From: Prochlorococcus marinus str. NATL2A
GTDB lineage: Bacteria; Cyanobacteriota; Cyanobacteriia; PCC-6307; Cyanobiaceae
DNA: 32,000 nucleotides
Assembly (NCBI RefSeq): GCF_000012465.1
Contig: NC_007335.2
Coordinates: 240,001 to 272,000, forward strand
Reading direction: 5' to 3'
Part shown: one piece after another, positions 30,096 to 32,000 of the stretch
Layout: each line of letters starts with the position of its first letter
Numbering within the stretch: position 1 is the first letter of the stretch
Notes under the pieces: model-generated
Told to the model about the DNA's origin: nothing
Seen by the model: only the letters and a program-made list of their open reading frames with translations
Databases searched by the model: none
Made by a program: the position numbers and the translations under genes

Positions 30096-31352
30096 CTATT
30101 TTAAATTTCTAATTTCATCTAAAAGTTGATGGGATATTGCAAGTTTTGTTGAAAAAGATAAGTTTTTGACCATTTTTTTTGGACCTAACAAAAAACCACT
30201 GTTGAAGTTTTCATCAAATCCTTGCCCGGCTCTATCAATGGGATTGGCCATGAGAAGGTCACAACCTTTTGAAACCCTTTTCTTCTCTCCCTTTTCAATG
30301 ATTTCATTATCACTGCCTGTCTCAGCAGCAAAACCAAGGAAAATTTGATTTTCTAATTTTTTTTTCGTTTGATTTTTGATTAGGTCTGATGTCATTTCTA
30401 AGTCATCGAAAACGGACTTTAAAAAAAATTCTTTAGAGATTTTTTTTTCACTGGGACTATTATTTTTGAAATCTGATACTGCTGCAGCCATAACGATGAC
30501 CTGAGCAGATGGTTGTAAATCATCAATTTTTGCTCCCATTTCATTTGAACTTCTAACTGGATAAGTATTCAGTCCCTCAAGCAGATCTTGTTGAACGCTT
30601 ACCGGGCCATGAACTAAATCGACCTCTGCACCTCTTAACTTTGCTGCTTGAGCTATCAAAACCCCCATCTTTCCACTGCTTCGATTGGTTAATTGTCTTG
30701 CGGCATCAAGAGCTTCGACAGTGGGACCAGCCGATATGAGAAACCTTATGTCCTTTAAATCTTTAGTGAGAAATTTATTTTCTGCATGGAAAATAAATGC
30801 ACTTTCAGATGCCATTTCAATAATATCTAAATTGACCATTTTCCCATTACCAACTCTGTCGCAAGCTAAAAGTCCTGCACTAGGTTCGAGAGTAATAACT
30901 TGGTCAATAGTTTTAACGTAATTCCAATTCTTTTTTACTGATTGATTTTCCCACATCGAAGTATTCATGGCAGCAGCCATAACTATTTGAGATTGACTAG
31001 CTAAAAGAATGCTGGCTAAAAGTCCATCAGCACTTCCACTAGTAAATTTGGATAAGGATGTGGCGCTCAATGGTGCAACAATAATTAGTTCTGCCCACTC
31101 AGCCAAAGCAATGTGCAATGGCTTGGTTTGAGAGTCAGCCCATTGATCTTTATCTTGGTAACATTTATTTCTGCTTAAAGTAGACAAAGATAAGGGACTA
31201 ACTAAATTAGTGGCGCTTTGCGTTATGACGCACTTGACCTCTGCACCAGCTTTAATTAGGCGGCTAACTAAAATAGGAGCTTTAACAGCTGCAATACTCC
31301 CCGTAACAGCAACTAATATTTTTTTTCCAGATAAAGAAGTCGAATTAATCAT
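30096..31352 (-). CDS. coaBC: Bifunctional phosphopantothenoylcysteine decarboxylase / phosphopantothenate-cysteine ligase
   Basis: 418 aa with an ATG start. The N-terminal flavoprotein domain (KILVAVTGSIAAVKAP, PLSATSLSK) and the C-terminal DFP/CoaB domain (ISAGPTVEALD...NRSSGKMG, AAAVSDF) are both present. Confidence 0.93.
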   Translation of the reverse strand: MINSTSLSGKKILVAVTGSIAAVKAPILVSRLIKAGAEVKCVITQSATNLVSPLSLSTLSRNKCYQDKDQWADSQTKPLHIALAEWAELIIVAPLSATSLSKFTSGSADGLLASILLASQSQIVMAAAMNTSMWENQSVKKNWNYVKTIDQVITLEPSAGLLACDRVGNGKMVNLDIIEMASESAFIFHAENKFLTKDLKDIRFLISAGPTVEALDAARQLTNRSSGKMGVLIAQAAKLRGAEVDLVHGPVSVQQDLLEGLNTYPVRSSNEMGAKIDDLQPSAQVIVMAAAVSDFKNNSPSEKKISKEFFLKSVFDDLEMTSDLIKNQTKKKLENQIFLGFAAETGSDNEIIEKGEKKRVSKGCDLLMANPIDRAGQGFDENFNSGFLLGPKKMVKNLSFSTKLAISHQLLDEIRNLK

Positions 31353-31559
31353 GATATTTTGATTTTATATCAAATAGACCTTGAAAGATATTTTTCAAAT
31401 TTAAAATAAGCTGCATTTTTCGTATTAAAGGAAATTTGATTTTTTATATCTTTGATAAAAATAATTTATTTTTGCTTTATTAGATCTTTCATTTATTATA
31501 TTTTTGTTAGAGAGTTAACTAATGAAAAAATCCTGAGGCAATTTTTTAACTTTTCTCTT

Positions 31560-31901
31560 ATGACTCTAAGAATGCAGAAAACATTTTTATATAAATCATC
31601 TACAAAAATTGTTGATAGGTTAGCAAACTGGGCTGCAAATCCTTGGAGAAGATATTCATTGTTAGCAATAATTTTTTTAATAGGCTTTTTAGCAGGTAGT
31701 TCTCTAGGTATGATTAATGGTGTACTAGCGTTGATGGATCCTGTTGGAGCATTTATTGCTTTAATATTTTTGGAGTTACTAATTCAAGCTAGATTTGTAT
31801 TTCTGAAGTCTAATAAACCAATAATACTAGTTAGGATCTTTGATATGTTCAGAATAGGATTAGCGTATGGACTTTTTTCAGAAGGTTTGAAACTATTATA
31901 A
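31560..31901 (+). CDS. Small membrane protein, DUF565/Ycf20-like
   Basis: The conserved-looking part starts at MTLRMQKTF (ATG 31560, alternative ATG 31572). NPWRRYSLLAIIFLIGFLAGSSLG plus two further TM helices follow. The ORF-track extension back to 31452 is AT-rich Phe/Ile/Tyr filler. Confidence 0.65.
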   Translation: MTLRMQKTFLYKSSTKIVDRLANWAANPWRRYSLLAIIFLIGFLAGSSLGMINGVLALMDPVGAFIALIFLELLIQARFVFLKSNKPIILVRIFDMFRIGLAYGLFSEGLKLL

Positions 31902-31918
31902 ATCTATTCTAAATATAA

Positions 31919-32000
31919 TTAATCTTTTTTATTTAACCCTAGTAAATACAACAAAGCCATTCTTGTTGGAATACCATTTTCTACTTGTTTACTTATAAGA
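31919..32000 (-). CDS. pyrB: Aspartate carbamoyltransferase catalytic chain, C-terminal 26 codons (partial)
   Basis: The minus-strand frame reads ...LISKQVENGIPTRMALLYLLGLNKKD*, with the stop at 31919-31921. The QVxNG(I/V)xxRMA(L/V)L pattern is the usual PyrB C-terminus. This call rests on a short fragment only. Confidence 0.5.
   Translation of the reverse strand, partial: LISKQVENGIPTRMALLYLLGLNKKD

Noticed and set aside
31452-31559. N-terminal extension of the DUF565-like ORF (MIKIIYFCFIRSFIYYIFVRELTNEK...).
   Set aside because: This is a Phe/Ile/Tyr-rich translation of AT-rich intergenic DNA. The conserved-looking part starts at the ATG at 31560/31572.

Overview
This is an AT-rich (about 30-35% GC by eye), very gene-dense segment. 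Its gene order and protein sequences match the conserved core chromosome of a high-light-adapted Prochlorococcus-type marine picocyanobacterium. From left to right: a minus-strand secE-nusG-rplK-rplA-(structured leader)-rplJ cluster, a clpB paralogue, eno, and an ABC1-family kinase with a coupled small coiled-coil ORF. Next come a TrxB-like flavoprotein and a three-gene putative inorganic-carbon uptake operon (SulP/BicA-like, SbtA-like, PII-like SbtB). These are followed by a dnaJ-like gene, hemB, a VOC/glyoxalase protein, mutS2, obg, a 60-aa orphan, cp12, a membrane protein, a Xi-class GST and an aspartoacylase-family protein. The right part holds psbA (D1), aroC, an eda-like aldolase, ftsH, sat, psbO, coaBC, a DUF565/Ycf20-like protein and the 3' end of pyrB. 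I support 32 protein genes (2 partial), one structured ribosomal leader and three clear intrinsic terminators. I found no tRNA/rRNA, transposase/integrase, CRISPR array, phage or defence-type genes, or long repeats. This reads as an ordinary core region, and I cannot support a claim of a wholly new multi-gene system. Four items are most worth a second look. (1) The TrxB-like protein lacks both NADPH-binding motifs, so it looks like a ferredoxin-type DTR/FFTR enzyme. (2) The bicA-sbtA-sbtB-like operon has a truncated PII-like protein and is not characterised as far as I know. (3) The 322-bp spacer upstream of psbA is unusually GC-rich (about 40% by hand count) and contains a TTG-only 44-codon antisense frame and a 22-nt near-palindrome. 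(4) A small coiled-coil ORF overlaps the ABC1 kinase start by 4 nt. All homology calls rest on motif recognition by eye. No database search was possible.
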